A stretch of DNA of 64,000 bases from Candidatus Thorarchaeota archaeon (GCA_029858305.1 JAOUFI010000002.1:1-64000), one strand, 5' to 3'. Shown: positions 1-10,806, counted from the first letter of the stretch. Notes: a model not told the origin generated them from the letters alone. Numbers and translations: made by a program.

Positions 1-104
1 ATAGCTACATCAAAGTCCTCTGCCAACTGAATCGCGACTCGCAATCCTGCAAGACCAGCTCCGATGACAAGAACATCATGCTTATGCAGAGTAATCTGAG
101 CCAC
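1..104 (-). CDS. sdhA: Succinate dehydrogenase/fumarate reductase flavoprotein subunit, N-terminal fragment running off the window edge
   Basis: Manual translation from GTG at 104 gives MAQITLHKHDVLVIGAGLAGLRVAIQLAEDFDVA, with an FAD-binding GxGxxG motif. It lies directly downstream of fumC. Not in the ORF track. Confidence 0.65.
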   Translation of the reverse strand, partial: MAQITLHKHDVLVIGAGLAGLRVAIQLAEDFDVA

Positions 105-144
105 CTCAATTATCTAAATACGTTAAATCGTTATATTCTGTTCC

Positions 145-1533
145 CTAGACCATCTTTGAGGGATCAAGTAGATCATCTAAATCAGCAATCTCAATCCCCT
201 CTTCAATGATGACCTCTCTGATGGTCTTCCCTTCGCTGTATGCTTTCTTAGCAATCTCAGATGCACGGTCATATCCAATCGTTGGTGAGAGTCTAGTTAC
301 TAGCATCAGACTGCGCTCAAGTTGGTATTCGATTTGCTGTCGATTCGCGCTCAGACCTTTGAGACAGTGTTCCGTGAATGATTTGATTCCTGCCCCAAGT
401 AGTTTTATCGAGTCTAAAAGGTTGACAATCATAACGGGCTTACAGACATTAAGATCAAGGATACTCCCAAAACCTTCAGCAGCAGCTATTGTTGCATCAT
501 TACCAATTACTTGAAGACAGACCTGAATGAGTGCTTCAGACTGAGTGGGATTGACCTTGCCAGGCATAATCGAAGATCCAGGTTCATTCTGGGGAAGAAG
601 CAACTCGCCGAGACCAGCTCGAGGACCACTTCCCATCCAACGAATGTCATTAGCCATTTTCATGCAGGAGAGAGCCAGGTTACGCATAGCAGCACTTGCA
701 CGTACGATAGGTATATGCGACGCTATGCCCTCGGCTTTTATTGGATTTACTGTGAAGTTCATTCCAACTATTTTGCTGAGCTCTTTTACTGCCTTTTCCG
801 CAAAACCATCCGGTGCGTTGAGTCCGGTACCAAGTGCAGTACCACCTATAGGGAGAATTGATAGGGTCTCAATAACTGAACTGAGATCCTTTGCGATGAA
901 TGTTTCCACTTGTTTCTTGTAGACAGCGAATTCTGTTGATAGACCAATAGGCACAGCATCCTGCAGATGGGTTCGCCCAACTTTTACAATACCTTCGAAT
1001 TCATTGATCTTTTCCTCTAGGGCTCTTCTGAGATGCTTCAAGGGGCTAAGTAGAGAGTCTCGAATGGTATTGAGTACGGCAATATACATGGCTGTGGGGA
1101 TCACATCGTTTGAGGACTGCGATGCATTCACGGTATCATTTGGATGGACTGGTGACTTGTAGCCTTTAGGCTGACCCAGAATTTCGTTCGCTCTATTGCT
1201 CAACACCTCATTCATATTGGAATTGGTTTGAGTTCCAGAACCTGTCTGAAAGATGTCAATTGGAAACTGGTCCAGTAACTTGCCTTCCTTTAGTATCTCA
1301 TCAATTGCTTTTCCGATAGCAACTCCGATCTTCTTGTCAATTTTCTTTGATGCGATATTAGCAGTCAAGCAAGCACGTTTGACCTGAGCAAGAGCAATAA
1401 TGAATTCATGTGGGAATTGTCGACCACTTATCTTGAAGTTTAGAATGGCCCGCTGAGTGTTGATACCCCAGTACACATCCAAAGGAACATCAAGTTCTCC
1501 AATTGAGTCCTTCTCTCTTCTCGTCTTCTCCAT
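145..1533 (-). CDS. fumC: Class II fumarate hydratase
   Basis: Motifs FQTGSGTQTNSNMNEV, HPND-VNASQSSND, KVGRTHLQDA and the signature GSSIMPGKVNP. Confidence 0.93.
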   Translation of the reverse strand: MEKTRREKDSIGELDVPLDVYWGINTQRAILNFKISGRQFPHEFIIALAQVKRACLTANIASKKIDKKIGVAIGKAIDEILKEGKLLDQFPIDIFQTGSGTQTNSNMNEVLSNRANEILGQPKGYKSPVHPNDTVNASQSSNDVIPTAMYIAVLNTIRDSLLSPLKHLRRALEEKINEFEGIVKVGRTHLQDAVPIGLSTEFAVYKKQVETFIAKDLSSVIETLSILPIGGTALGTGLNAPDGFAEKAVKELSKIVGMNFTVNPIKAEGIASHIPIVRASAAMRNLALSCMKMANDIRWMGSGPRAGLGELLLPQNEPGSSIMPGKVNPTQSEALIQVCLQVIGNDATIAAAEGFGSILDLNVCKPVMIVNLLDSIKLLGAGIKSFTEHCLKGLSANRQQIEYQLERSLMLVTRLSPTIGYDRASEIAKKAYSEGKTIREVIIEEGIEIADLDDLLDPSKMV

Positions 1534-1572
1534 CCAGTTTATACCTCCAATATCTAATACTGCAAACTAAAT

Positions 1573-2442
1573 TCAAAGCATCAGGTCATCAATTATCTTC
1601 TGCACATCTTTTAGCTCATTTGTGTGATCCCTTAACTTACTTTTTTCTGGAAGAGCAAGTCCTGCTGCGAGATCTGCATGTTTACTATGATAAAAGATGC
1701 CTACAGGATACCTATCTTCATTTTTCATAGCTATTTCTAATGCCCGTTGCCGATCTGTCACATCATGTCCATTTTCTTGAAGTGAATAAGTATGCTCATT
1801 GTAGTACTTCCAGGTGAGTAGCCGATTCCATGTCACGCATGGCTGAAGTATATCAACAACTGCAAAGCCGGTGTGATTAATAGCTTCCTTCATGAGTGTA
1901 ACGAGACTCTTTTGATCTCCTGAAAAACCACGGGCTACAAACGTCGCTCCAGCTACTATCGCAAGAGCAGTAGGACTGACAGGATCCATTGGAGCACCCG
2001 GAGGCGGCGGGGAAGTATTCGAAACATATCCTCTTGGGGCTGATGGCGAGTATTGTCCTTTTGTCAGTCCATTGACACCATTGTTGTGAATGAACACAGC
2101 AAGGTTGACATTTCGTCGGGCTGCATGAATGAAATGGCCAAGTCCCTCGGCAAGACAGTCACCATCTCCGGTATGTACGAGTACCTTCAAATCGGTGTTT
2201 GCCAAGTGTACACCAGTTGCATAGGGAATCGGTCGGCCATGCAGTGTGTGAAAGCTATTCATACCCCCAATATAATGAGGAATCTTACTGGAACATCCTA
2301 TTCCTGAGGTCAGAACCATATTATGTAAAGGTTGGTCGATTTCAATGATGGCCTTTTTTAGTGCCGCTAATATCCCAAAATTCCCACATCCAGTACACCA
2401 TGTGATCTTCTGAGGACCTTCGAGCATTTCAGGTGTTATCAT
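1573..2442 (-). CDS. korB: 2-oxoacid:ferredoxin oxidoreductase beta subunit
   Basis: WCTGCG, SGIGCS, HGR, TPP-binding GDGD...NN, GLTKGQYSP and LQPCVTWN. Confidence 0.9.
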   Translation of the reverse strand: MITPEMLEGPQKITWCTGCGNFGILAALKKAIIEIDQPLHNMVLTSGIGCSSKIPHYIGGMNSFHTLHGRPIPYATGVHLANTDLKVLVHTGDGDCLAEGLGHFIHAARRNVNLAVFIHNNGVNGLTKGQYSPSAPRGYVSNTSPPPPGAPMDPVSPTALAIVAGATFVARGFSGDQKSLVTLMKEAINHTGFAVVDILQPCVTWNRLLTWKYYNEHTYSLQENGHDVTDRQRALEIAMKNEDRYPVGIFYHSKHADLAAGLALPEKSKLRDHTNELKDVQKIIDDLML

Positions 2443-4163
2443 ACAACCCCGCCCTCCTTTAGTTTACCAATAATCCATCCCGGGGTCATAGCTCTTCCAT
2501 CATATTTGTTGATATGTTGATTAACACCTAGACCGGTCTCCATTCTGATCAATGCTGCAAACTGTGATGTTGCATTCTGTTCAACTGCAATGACACGCTT
2601 TGACTTCTTGAAAGTTTCACGTAACTTTTCTGTTCGCAGCGGAAAGACATCACAGAAGTGTAATTGATTGATAGAAACGCCTTTCTCAGCAAGAAGCTCC
2701 ATTGCCTCATTCGCTGCACCCCACGTTGATCCCCAAGTCATGAGCGTTGTTTCTGCCTTTTTGTCACCGTAAAGCTGAGGAGGATTGAGGTCTGCAAGTA
2801 TCCTTGGTATCTTATTCATGAATTTCTGGACCATGAGGTTTCTTATGGTTGCATCTTCAGTGATATGACCATCCTCTCTGTGAACATTTCCCGCTGAGAC
2901 AATGGTCTTGCCCTCATCACCGGGAAAGGCTCTTGGCGAAACACCATCATCAGTGAAGAGATATCGCTTAAATTCAGGGCTTGGTCCTGTTTTAGCAAGC
3001 TTGCCCCTGTCAACAGTAACTGTAGAAACATCGATTCTCGGCACATTCATAACAGAGTCAGCAAAATACTGATCTCCAAGTATCATTACAGGAACTTGAT
3101 ACTTTTCTGCTAGGTTGAAGGCTCGTGTTGCTACATCAAAAGCCTCGAGGGGGTCTTTTGGCGCAAGCATGATCCGAGGAAACTCGCCCTGACTAGCAAA
3201 GCCCATGAAGAGAAGATCAGATTGTTCTGTCCTTGTTGGCAGACCGGTACTAGGACCTGGTCGTTGTGCATTATAGATGACGACTGGAACTTCGACCATT
3301 GCAGCAAATCCTAGAGCCTCAACCATCAGAGCGAAACCACCGCCAGATGTCGCTACCATTGATCGTGCTCCGGCATAGGATGCACCAATAGCCATTGCCA
3401 ATGATGAGATTTCATCCTCAGTCTGAAGAGCGCCTATCTTGAATTGCTGAGAATAAGATATGACATCTTGAAAGAGAGAGGTCGAAGGACTCATCGGGTA
3501 AGCGGAAATCCATTTCAGATTAGCAGCAATTGCTCCCAAGGCAAGAGCTCGATTGCCTGTTATGAGGAGTCTATCTTTGCAAGGACCCGATTCCAGTGTT
3601 TCAAGGTTATACTTGCAAGTACCTGCGAAATTCTCCTTTGTCATGTCATAGAGGGTCTTAGCAACATTCACATTGCTAGCTACAACCTTCTCACCTTTCC
3701 TTCCAAAGATTCCCATCAAAGCTTCCTGAGCGAGGCGAAAGGGAAAATTAAGTATTGAGAGCACCGCACCAAGAGCGGCGGCATTCATCATCCTGGTGTC
3801 CCCACCGATTTCTTTTGCAATCTTCTCAAGAGGGGCAGGATAATGACATGCCTCCAAATCATCAAACTCAACTGCATTATCGAAGATGATGACGCCGCTC
3901 TCTGCAAGTCTTTCGCGCTGGTTGACAACCGCATCTCGGGATAATGCAATGATTACATCGACTTGATCAACAGAAGTATGAACTGGCTTATCACTGACTC
4001 GAATCTGCGTAAAGTTGTACCCACCTCTGATTCTAGATTCAAAGTCCTTTATTGTGAAGGTGTAAAAGCCCGCCTGAACGAAGACCTGAGTCAGCAGGTC
4101 TCCAATAGTATCGATTCCTTGTCCGGCTTCTCCACCGATATTAAAGGAAATATCCATTGTCAA
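2439..4163 (-). CDS. korA: 2-oxoacid:ferredoxin oxidoreductase alpha subunit (gamma-alpha fusion)
   Basis: GGEAGQGI, ESRIRGG, YPMSPS, EDEI, TSGGGF and QRPGPSTGLPTRTEQSD. Overlaps the beta subunit by 4 bp. Confidence 0.9.
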   Translation of the reverse strand: MTMDISFNIGGEAGQGIDTIGDLLTQVFVQAGFYTFTIKDFESRIRGGYNFTQIRVSDKPVHTSVDQVDVIIALSRDAVVNQRERLAESGVIIFDNAVEFDDLEACHYPAPLEKIAKEIGGDTRMMNAAALGAVLSILNFPFRLAQEALMGIFGRKGEKVVASNVNVAKTLYDMTKENFAGTCKYNLETLESGPCKDRLLITGNRALALGAIAANLKWISAYPMSPSTSLFQDVISYSQQFKIGALQTEDEISSLAMAIGASYAGARSMVATSGGGFALMVEALGFAAMVEVPVVIYNAQRPGPSTGLPTRTEQSDLLFMGFASQGEFPRIMLAPKDPLEAFDVATRAFNLAEKYQVPVMILGDQYFADSVMNVPRIDVSTVTVDRGKLAKTGPSPEFKRYLFTDDGVSPRAFPGDEGKTIVSAGNVHREDGHITEDATIRNLMVQKFMNKIPRILADLNPPQLYGDKKAETTLMTWGSTWGAANEAMELLAEKGVSINQLHFCDVFPLRTEKLRETFKKSKRVIAVEQNATSQFAALIRMETGLGVNQHINKYDGRAMTPGWIIGKLKEGGVV

Positions 4164-4242
4164 TAATCTCTCCCAGAATTAGTGATATGAGTACTATACT
4201 CTTCTTATGTGCTTCGTTGTAGCGACAGGACTTGACTCAATA

Positions 4243-4872
4243 TCATTCTGACTCAAAACAGTCAATCTCGTCATGTTTCTCTTCAAGGTGCATCTCGACA
4301 ACATCGACCGTCTTATTTAACCATCTAGCCTTCAATCGTTTCCACCATGACCAATCGATGAATTGCCCAGGCCATGGAGATATGACCTCAGGGCCATCAA
4401 ATTTGCGAAGAAGAATCAATCCAGCAATGAATTGAATCGGGATGGGGATAATAAGGCCAACATATGAGATGTCCATTACTGATACGGTTGTTAGCAATCC
4501 TAAAATTGAAGGAAAGATGATGCTAAGGATGCCTAACATCAATGCACTATCGCGAGAGCTCTTTCCATAGTAATAGCGAATGATTTGACGTACATAGAGT
4601 ATTGAAAAGATGCTAAGTGGTACAAAGAACCACATAGAGGGTAGATCTAGAAGTTTAAACCCATGGAAGTCGATGTAGCTATAGTAGCTCCAGTTAAACA
4701 CCCATAAGAGCCCATAGACAAATGGTCCTTGAAACCACGCGTATAATACGATAACATTTCCATCTGTTAGAACCATTCCGATTGGTGTAATCAAAGCGAT
4801 GACAATCATGATGAAACCAATCACCCATGGACTCACACCGTAGAGTTCCATCTCCGATTCATCATCATTCAC
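4243..4872 (-). CDS. Uncharacterised multi-pass membrane protein (paralog 1)
   Basis: About five hydrophobic segments. GAGGG lies 6 nt upstream of the GTG. Clear similarity to the adjacent ORF. Confidence 0.8.
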   Translation of the reverse strand: MNDDESEMELYGVSPWVIGFIMIVIALITPIGMVLTDGNVIVLYAWFQGPFVYGLLWVFNWSYYSYIDFHGFKLLDLPSMWFFVPLSIFSILYVRQIIRYYYGKSSRDSALMLGILSIIFPSILGLLTTVSVMDISYVGLIIPIPIQFIAGLILLRKFDGPEVISPWPGQFIDWSWWKRLKARWLNKTVDVVEMHLEEKHDEIDCFESE

Positions 4873-4951
4873 AGCTTACCCTCACGTAACTCTTTCAAAT
4901 GACAGCAGATAAGCTCTTCGAGAAGAGAATGTTCAATGGGAAAGGTAAAGG

Positions 4952-5581
4952 TCATTCGTCGGTCCTGCTCGCCTTGTAATACTCCTCCACTTCAGAGAGG
5001 CTCATGTTCATGATCATATCTTCCTCCTCAAAATAAGTTTCAATAATATCAGTTCCCCAATTTGACCACTTTGACTTTAGTCGAATCCACCAAGACCAAT
5101 TGATGAACTGCCCAGACCATGCAGATACATTTTCAGGCTCTCTATACCTGCAAAGAAAGAAAAGTCCCGCAAAAAATTGAACCGGAATCGGGAAAATATA
5201 GAGATATGACCTGTATGGAAGCCCGAGGAGAACACTGGCTCCTATCCCCACTAGTGTAGGAAATAGAATACTGAGTAGTCCGCACATTAAAGCAGAGTCC
5301 CTTGAACTAATACCATAAAAGAAACGTATGATCTGACGAATGTATAGGATACTAAAAATGTACAATGGAATAATCAACCACAGAAAACCAAACATCATTA
5401 TATCAAATATAAAGTAGGGAGGCCGAATCACCAATATCCAGAAAACACTGTATGTTATCCAGAACTCCTCTCCTACTGGCATTAAACCAAGAGGAAGCAA
5501 AGTTATCATAATCATGAAGATTGCGACTACTCTTGGACCTACACCGAACAACTCCAGTGCTGATTCGGTTTCATCGGAAAT
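4952..5581 (-). CDS. Uncharacterised multi-pass membrane protein (paralog 2); probable ATT start at 5581 (track starts at 5551)
   Basis: Shares IFSILY.RQIIR..YG.SSRDSALM.G.LSI.FP, PIP.QF.AGL and GQFI.WSWW.RLK with 4243-4872. Confidence 0.75.
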   Translation of the reverse strand: MSDETESALELFGVGPRVVAIFMIMITLLPLGLMPVGEEFWITYSVFWILVIRPPYFIFDIMMFGFLWLIIPLYIFSILYIRQIIRFFYGISSRDSALMCGLLSILFPTLVGIGASVLLGLPYRSYLYIFPIPVQFFAGLFFLCRYREPENVSAWSGQFINWSWWIRLKSKWSNWGTDIIETYFEEEDMIMNMSLSEVEEYYKASRTDE

Positions 5582-5813
5582 CGTAATCCCTCGAGTCGAG
5601 GTTGAGTAAATTGCTAGATAAATAGTGCTAATGTTGGAGACTCGTACGATGGGTCAAGAAGTGACAAGTAATAAGTTTTAAAAGCGAAGGGCTAGCACAG
5701 TTTTATTAGTAGTACAAGCCGAAGCGCTTGTACAGTTTTAGCAAATGAATTGTGAGCCATTTCCAAATAGGTCTTGAATGGCGCACGAAAACCAAACCAT
5801 TAGGGGATTAAAA

Positions 5814-7475
5814 ATGGCACAGTTATCTGGAACACCCGTCCTCATTCTTAGGGAGGGTACATCAAGAACACGCGGCAAGTCCGCACAGCAGAACAATATC
5901 ATGGCAGGTATTGTCATCTCTGACGCTGTTAAGTCCACCCTGGGCCCACGTGGCATGGATAAGATGCTAGTGGATAGTCTCGGAGATGTGACGATTACAA
6001 ATGACGGCGCCTCAATTTTGAAGGAGATTGACGTACAGCATCCAGCAGCCAAGATGCTTGTAGAGGTTGCGAAGAGCCAAGATCAAGAGACTGGAGACGG
6101 TACAACTACCTCAGTCGTCTTAGCTGGTGAACTTCTCAAGAGAGCACAAGACTTGTTGGACAAGAAAATCCATCCCACAATTCTCGTTGCAGGATATCAG
6201 AAGGCAGCAGAGATGGCGACATCTATCCTCAACGATATTGCAATAACAATGGAGGGTATGGATAAGAAGATCCTTACAAATATCGCATCCACAGCTATGA
6301 ACAGCAAGTCTATTGTAGGCGCAAAGGACCATTTCGCAAAGATTGCAGTAGACTCAGTTCTCCAGATTATGGAGAAGACTGATGGCAAAGTCAAAGCTGA
6401 TATTGATATGATTGAGGTCATAAAGAAACAAGGCAAGAGCCTGACTGAAACCGAGCTTGTCACCGGTATGGTCATTGACAAAGAGATTGTACATGCAGCT
6501 ATGCCCAAGAAGGTAGAAGGTGCAAAGATTGTTCTGGTCAATGCTGCAATAGAGGTTGAGAAGACCGAGTTTGATGCAGAGATCAAAATCGACAGCCCCG
6601 ACCAGATTCAAGCCTTTCTCAACGAGGAGGAACGTATGCTCAAGGCTATGGTCACCAAGGTCATCGATTCCGGAGCAAATGTGTTAGTCTGTCAGAAAGG
6701 CATTGACGATGTCGCTCAGCATTATTTGGCTAAAGCAGGAATCGTTGCAATTCGCCGAGCAAAGAAGAGCACGCTGGAAAAGCTTGCTAAGGCTACTGGT
6801 GCTCAGGTTGCATCAAGCTTGGATGAATTGGATGCAAGTTACATTGGAACCGCGGGTATCGTTGAAGAAGTCAGAATTGGCGATGATAAGCTAGTCTATG
6901 TGAAGAATTGCAAAGATCCAAAGGCTGTATCAATCGTCATCAGAGGCGGTACTGAGCATGTCATTGACGAAGCAGAAAGAGCCCTACATGATGCTCTCTG
7001 TGTTGTCAGAAATGTTGTTGAGGACGGTACCTATGTGGCAGGTGGAGGTTCAACAGAAGCTGAGATTGCCAAACGCCTTGAAGTGTATGCTAACAAGGTT
7101 GGTGGTCGTGAGCAATTAGCCATAGAGGCCTTTGCTGAGTCACTCCGTGTCATTCCCAAGACTCTTGCAGAGAATGGTGGCCATGACCCCATCGATATCA
7201 TTGCTGACCTTAACAAGGAACACTCCCAAGCAACTGGAACTTGGTATGGTGTTGACGTAATTAAGGGTAAGACTACAGATATGATGAAAGGCGGTGTAAT
7301 CGAGCCATCACGTGTCAAGAGCCAAGCAATTCGTGCTGCAGCTGAAGCTGCCCAGATGATTCTCAGGATCGATGATGTCATCGCAGCTAAGGCAACCTCA
7401 GGTCCTCCACCAGGCGCAGGTGGTGGAATGGGTGGCATGGGTGGTATGGGCGGTATGCCGCCTGGAATGATGTAA
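5814..7475 (+). CDS. Thermosome (group II chaperonin) subunit
   Basis: [26 protein letters not shown] and a GGM-rich tail. Likely start MAQLSG at 5814. Confidence 0.96.
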   Translation: MAQLSGTPVLILREGTSRTRGKSAQQNNIMAGIVISDAVKSTLGPRGMDKMLVDSLGDVTITNDGASILKEIDVQHPAAKMLVEVAKSQDQETGDGTTTSVVLAGELLKRAQDLLDKKIHPTILVAGYQKAAEMATSILNDIAITMEGMDKKILTNIASTAMNSKSIVGAKDHFAKIAVDSVLQIMEKTDGKVKADIDMIEVIKKQGKSLTETELVTGMVIDKEIVHAAMPKKVEGAKIVLVNAAIEVEKTEFDAEIKIDSPDQIQAFLNEEERMLKAMVTKVIDSGANVLVCQKGIDDVAQHYLAKAGIVAIRRAKKSTLEKLAKATGAQVASSLDELDASYIGTAGIVEEVRIGDDKLVYVKNCKDPKAVSIVIRGGTEHVIDEAERALHDALCVVRNVVEDGTYVAGGGSTEAEIAKRLEVYANKVGGREQLAIEAFAESLRVIPKTLAENGGHDPIDIIADLNKEHSQATGTWYGVDVIKGKTTDMMKGGVIEPSRVKSQAIRAAAEAAQMILRIDDVIAAKATSGPPPGAGGGMGGMGGMGGMPPGMM

Positions 7476-7491
7476 TATCCTACTAAACGAT

Positions 7492-7524
7492 AAGGAGCCG
7501 TTAGGCTCCTTTCCTTCTCTTTTT
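7492..7524 (+). terminator. Hairpin plus pyrimidine/T tract after the thermosome gene
   Basis: AAGGAGCC-gtta-GGCTCCTT followed by tccttctcttttt. Confidence 0.7.
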
Positions 7525-7525
7525 C

Positions 7526-8410
7526 GTGAGGTTATTGATTGTGTCAAGAGTCCTGATTGTTGGTGCGAATAGCTTTGACTCTGGTAAGACACATCTAGCT
7601 CTCCAGCTTGGAAAAGCTCTCCTCGATGCAGATTGCTCAGTGGATTATTTCAAACCGATTAGTGGTCACAACTATTGGTATAATTATAATCATACCAAGA
7701 AATGCCTAGAGAGCGGACAGCTTGTTTCCAAGGATGCAACACTAATCAAAGAAAGATTAGATCTCAAGACAAATCTATTGTTGATGAATCCTGTACATAG
7801 TTTGTTTGTACCTGCGAGAATTGAAAAACCACTCCAGCAAATCACTAACAGTCTAGGACTTTCAGGTTCATCCTCTGTATTAGTAATGCAAAGATTCAGT
7901 CGACCTGTGGATGGCAACTTAGATACAACTATGTTGATTGCAGATCAACTTGTGGAAGATGACAGACTAATTATCGGACACGAGGAAATCGGCAAACTTT
8001 CTCATGACACAAGCATAGTGGATGCGAATAGACTTGAAACCTTCCAGGAATTCGAGAGGATCCATTATGAGGAGTGTGTTTCAAAATCGTTCTCAGAAGT
8101 CGAGAAAGTCAAAGATATGGTCATCATCGAGTCATTCAATGACTCTACATGGCCTTGGGATGGTTTGGATAGTGTTGACCATGTCTTGGTGGTCAGTCCT
8201 GGGCATGTGTTCATTTATAATCCTGAGAAATTCAAGAAAGCAACATATCTTATGAACAGAGGAAATCTGCCAATCAGAGAGGTTACCTTTGGAAGAATCG
8301 CAGATCTACTAAAACCAACCCTCAAATTCGAGATAAAACCAGATAGTAATTTAACCTCTGAACAATTGAAAAGCCTTGACATTGATTGCCTCACAGGAAA
8401 GAATGATTAA
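7526..8410 (+). CDS. Predicted archaeal P-loop NTPase (dethiobiotin synthase/CobQ-like N-terminus)
   Basis: GANSFDSGKT Walker A, YFKPISGHN and VIIESFND. Confidence 0.7.
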   Translation: MRLLIVSRVLIVGANSFDSGKTHLALQLGKALLDADCSVDYFKPISGHNYWYNYNHTKKCLESGQLVSKDATLIKERLDLKTNLLLMNPVHSLFVPARIEKPLQQITNSLGLSGSSSVLVMQRFSRPVDGNLDTTMLIADQLVEDDRLIIGHEEIGKLSHDTSIVDANRLETFQEFERIHYEECVSKSFSEVEKVKDMVIIESFNDSTWPWDGLDSVDHVLVVSPGHVFIYNPEKFKKATYLMNRGNLPIREVTFGRIADLLKPTLKFEIKPDSNLTSEQLKSLDIDCLTGKND

Positions 8411-8465
8411 GTGAAAATACGTCGAAATCAATTGATAATGGGACTAATGTAACGGAGACATCGTA

Positions 8466-9419
8466 TTGACTGAGGACTTGGACTGGGAATTGGTGGTCAT
8501 AGGTGGTGGACCTGCAGGAATGACTGCGGCCATTTACGCCGCTCGCTACGGATTAAAGACATTACTCCTTGAATCCAAGGTATTAGGAGGAGCTCAAGCC
8601 ACAAGCCCTGGGATCGAGAATTATCCTGGATATACATTCATTGTTGGAATAGAACTTGCAACTAAGATGAAAGAGCAAGTAAGAAAATCAGGAGCAGTGA
8701 TTAAGGAAATCACAGACGTTCGAAGCATTCAGCGAGAGAGTAACAATGGAGATTTCCTCCTCGATACACGGAGAGGTGTCTATCGTGCCCAAGCTATTAT
8801 TATTGCTACAGGCGGAGGTCACAAACACCTAAATGTTCCTGGTGAGGAGATGCTCACGGGTCGGGGTGTTTCGTTCTGTGCGACTTGTGATGGTCCTCTA
8901 TTCCGAGATAAAACCGTAGCAGTTGTTGGTGGAGGAAATACAGCAGTCACGGAAGCCCTGTACCTGGCAGAGATCACAAAGAAAGTCTACCTTATTCATC
9001 GCCGAGATGAACTGCGAGCAGAAAAGATAGTGCAAGATTATCTGTTTAAATCAGATATTGAAATCATGTGGAATTCCGTAGTAAAGGAAATTAAAGGTGA
9101 AGACCTAGTAAACGAGATTATCCTTGAGAATACAAAAACTGGGGAAATACACTCATTAAAGATTGATGGCGCTTTTATTGCTCTAGGGTCAAATCCTGAG
9201 AGTACTCTTGCAAAGAGCATTGGCGTGGAAACAAATGAAAGAGGAGAGATTCTAGTAAGTGCAAAGCAGGCGACAAATATAGTCGGCGTCTTTGCAGCTG
9301 GAGATGTTGTGGAGTCTATGAAACAGATTGCAGTGGCAGTAGGACATGGAGCCATAGCAGCTGATTCTGCATACAGCTACATTAGACATATCCAAAGAGG
9401 TCCTATAGGGTATGCATAG
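8466..9419 (+). CDS. trxB: Thioredoxin-disulfide reductase
   Basis: GGGPAG, ENYPG, GVSFCATCDG redox motif, GGGNTA, HRR and FAAGD. Confidence 0.93.
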   Translation: MTEDLDWELVVIGGGPAGMTAAIYAARYGLKTLLLESKVLGGAQATSPGIENYPGYTFIVGIELATKMKEQVRKSGAVIKEITDVRSIQRESNNGDFLLDTRRGVYRAQAIIIATGGGHKHLNVPGEEMLTGRGVSFCATCDGPLFRDKTVAVVGGGNTAVTEALYLAEITKKVYLIHRRDELRAEKIVQDYLFKSDIEIMWNSVVKEIKGEDLVNEIILENTKTGEIHSLKIDGAFIALGSNPESTLAKSIGVETNERGEILVSAKQATNIVGVFAAGDVVESMKQIAVAVGHGAIAADSAYSYIRHIQRGPIGYA

Positions 9420-9597
9420 TTCTCTCACGCATAACGGTGTAGAATTACATGGATATTTTATCTGTGTCAGGTATCTGCTAGAACATTTCTTAGTACGACT
9501 TTTGAGGATGGAAACGTTAATAACACCACCATGAAGCCGATGCTCAACACGCTGAGCCAACCTTCTCAGCGGCATGAAAGCTGACCGGGATGTCTCT

Positions 9598-10806
9598 ATG
9601 AAAAGGGTCAAGATAATTACCATTGCATTTGCGTTTGTGCTCGTCTTGATAGCGGCTTCTGCTCAACCCGTAGCTGCAGCCAGCAGAGCGGATACTCTGA
9701 ATTCCTATATTTCTGGGAGATATGATGCCCAGAGAGGAGGATATAGTCCTCCAAGTGACAATGTTGTTCGTGTCGATGCTACATACGGAGCTGTCTTGGC
9801 TCTCAATGAATTGAAAAGCTTGGATGCTCGTCCACCCCCGATTAATTTAACCAAAGCTCTCGATTCCCTTATAGTTCGTCAGTGGTTGACAGATAGTCAA
9901 GAAAACGAACTCGATAGAAAGAGATACGGTGGCTTTAGTGAGTATCTTGTCGGTCCAGTTACAATGGAAATGACTTTCATGGGTATGAAACTCCATCAGC
10001 TACTGAAAGCTCAATCTGACTACCCAGGTATTAATACAAAAGACATCAATGTAACCGCACTTCTTGTCTATCTTAATAGAACTCAATCTACGAATGGTGG
10101 ATTTTCAAGTATACCCGACAACGACCCAGATATCATTTCAACCTATCAAGCTTTAGCAATCTTTGAAATGCTTGATGATACCTACACAACTATGAATGTT
10201 TGGGACCGGTTGCTAAATGAAACTGCAACTCTAGAATGGATAAATAACTGTCGAAAAGGTGATGCATTCATGCTCAGCCCAGAAGCATTTACACCTAGTG
10301 TAACTGCAACTGCAGCTGGAATCATGGCACTTAGTATCTTTCAGCAAGTGCTTACTATACCAGGCATTCAGGATACAAATGAGTGGATTCTTGAGAGACA
10401 ATTACTCAGTCCAGAAAGCAATGATTTCATCGGTGGTTTTGAAGAAGGAAATGGTACAGAAGACGCAAACTTCGCCACTACATATTACGCTTTGAATGTG
10501 CTAGAGCAAACAGGTGCCATCTCATCAGTCAATAAAACTGCAGTGATTGATTTCATACTGAACTGCCAAGCTGTTGATGGTTCATGGGGCAATATTCCTG
10601 GCATGGAAGAGGGTACGTTAGTTCATTCAGGACAAGCATGCGAACTTCTCAACATCCTCGACAGCGACGGTGCTGCAGTCATTCTTGCATCATCACAAGA
10701 TCCAAATACACCAAGTGGTTTCTACATGGATTGGAGATTTTTCGTCGTTGGCGGTATTCTACTGGTGGCGTTAGTACTTGCAATTGTAAGTATTAGGATG
10801 GATTGA
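9598..10806 (+). CDS. Secreted, C-terminally membrane-anchored prenyltransferase/squalene-oxidase-repeat (alpha/alpha barrel) protein
   Basis: Signal peptide MKRVKIITIAFAFVLVLIAASA, repeated Q..xGGF / CQ..DGSWG units and a C-terminal TM helix. Confidence 0.75.
   Translation: MKRVKIITIAFAFVLVLIAASAQPVAAASRADTLNSYISGRYDAQRGGYSPPSDNVVRVDATYGAVLALNELKSLDARPPPINLTKALDSLIVRQWLTDSQENELDRKRYGGFSEYLVGPVTMEMTFMGMKLHQLLKAQSDYPGINTKDINVTALLVYLNRTQSTNGGFSSIPDNDPDIISTYQALAIFEMLDDTYTTMNVWDRLLNETATLEWINNCRKGDAFMLSPEAFTPSVTATAAGIMALSIFQQVLTIPGIQDTNEWILERQLLSPESNDFIGGFEEGNGTEDANFATTYYALNVLEQTGAISSVNKTAVIDFILNCQAVDGSWGNIPGMEEGTLVHSGQACELLNILDSDGAAVILASSQDPNTPSGFYMDWRFFVVGGILLVALVLAIVSIRMD

Noticed and set aside
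7405-7472. GGTGGCATG-type tandem repeat
   Set aside because: It encodes the ordinary GGM tail of chaperonins.
9525-9597. SECIS element or C/D-box sRNA downstream of trxB
   Set aside because: trxB ends in TAG, has a CATC motif and no in-frame UGA. Helix geometry and box spacing do not fit SECIS or C/D consensus.
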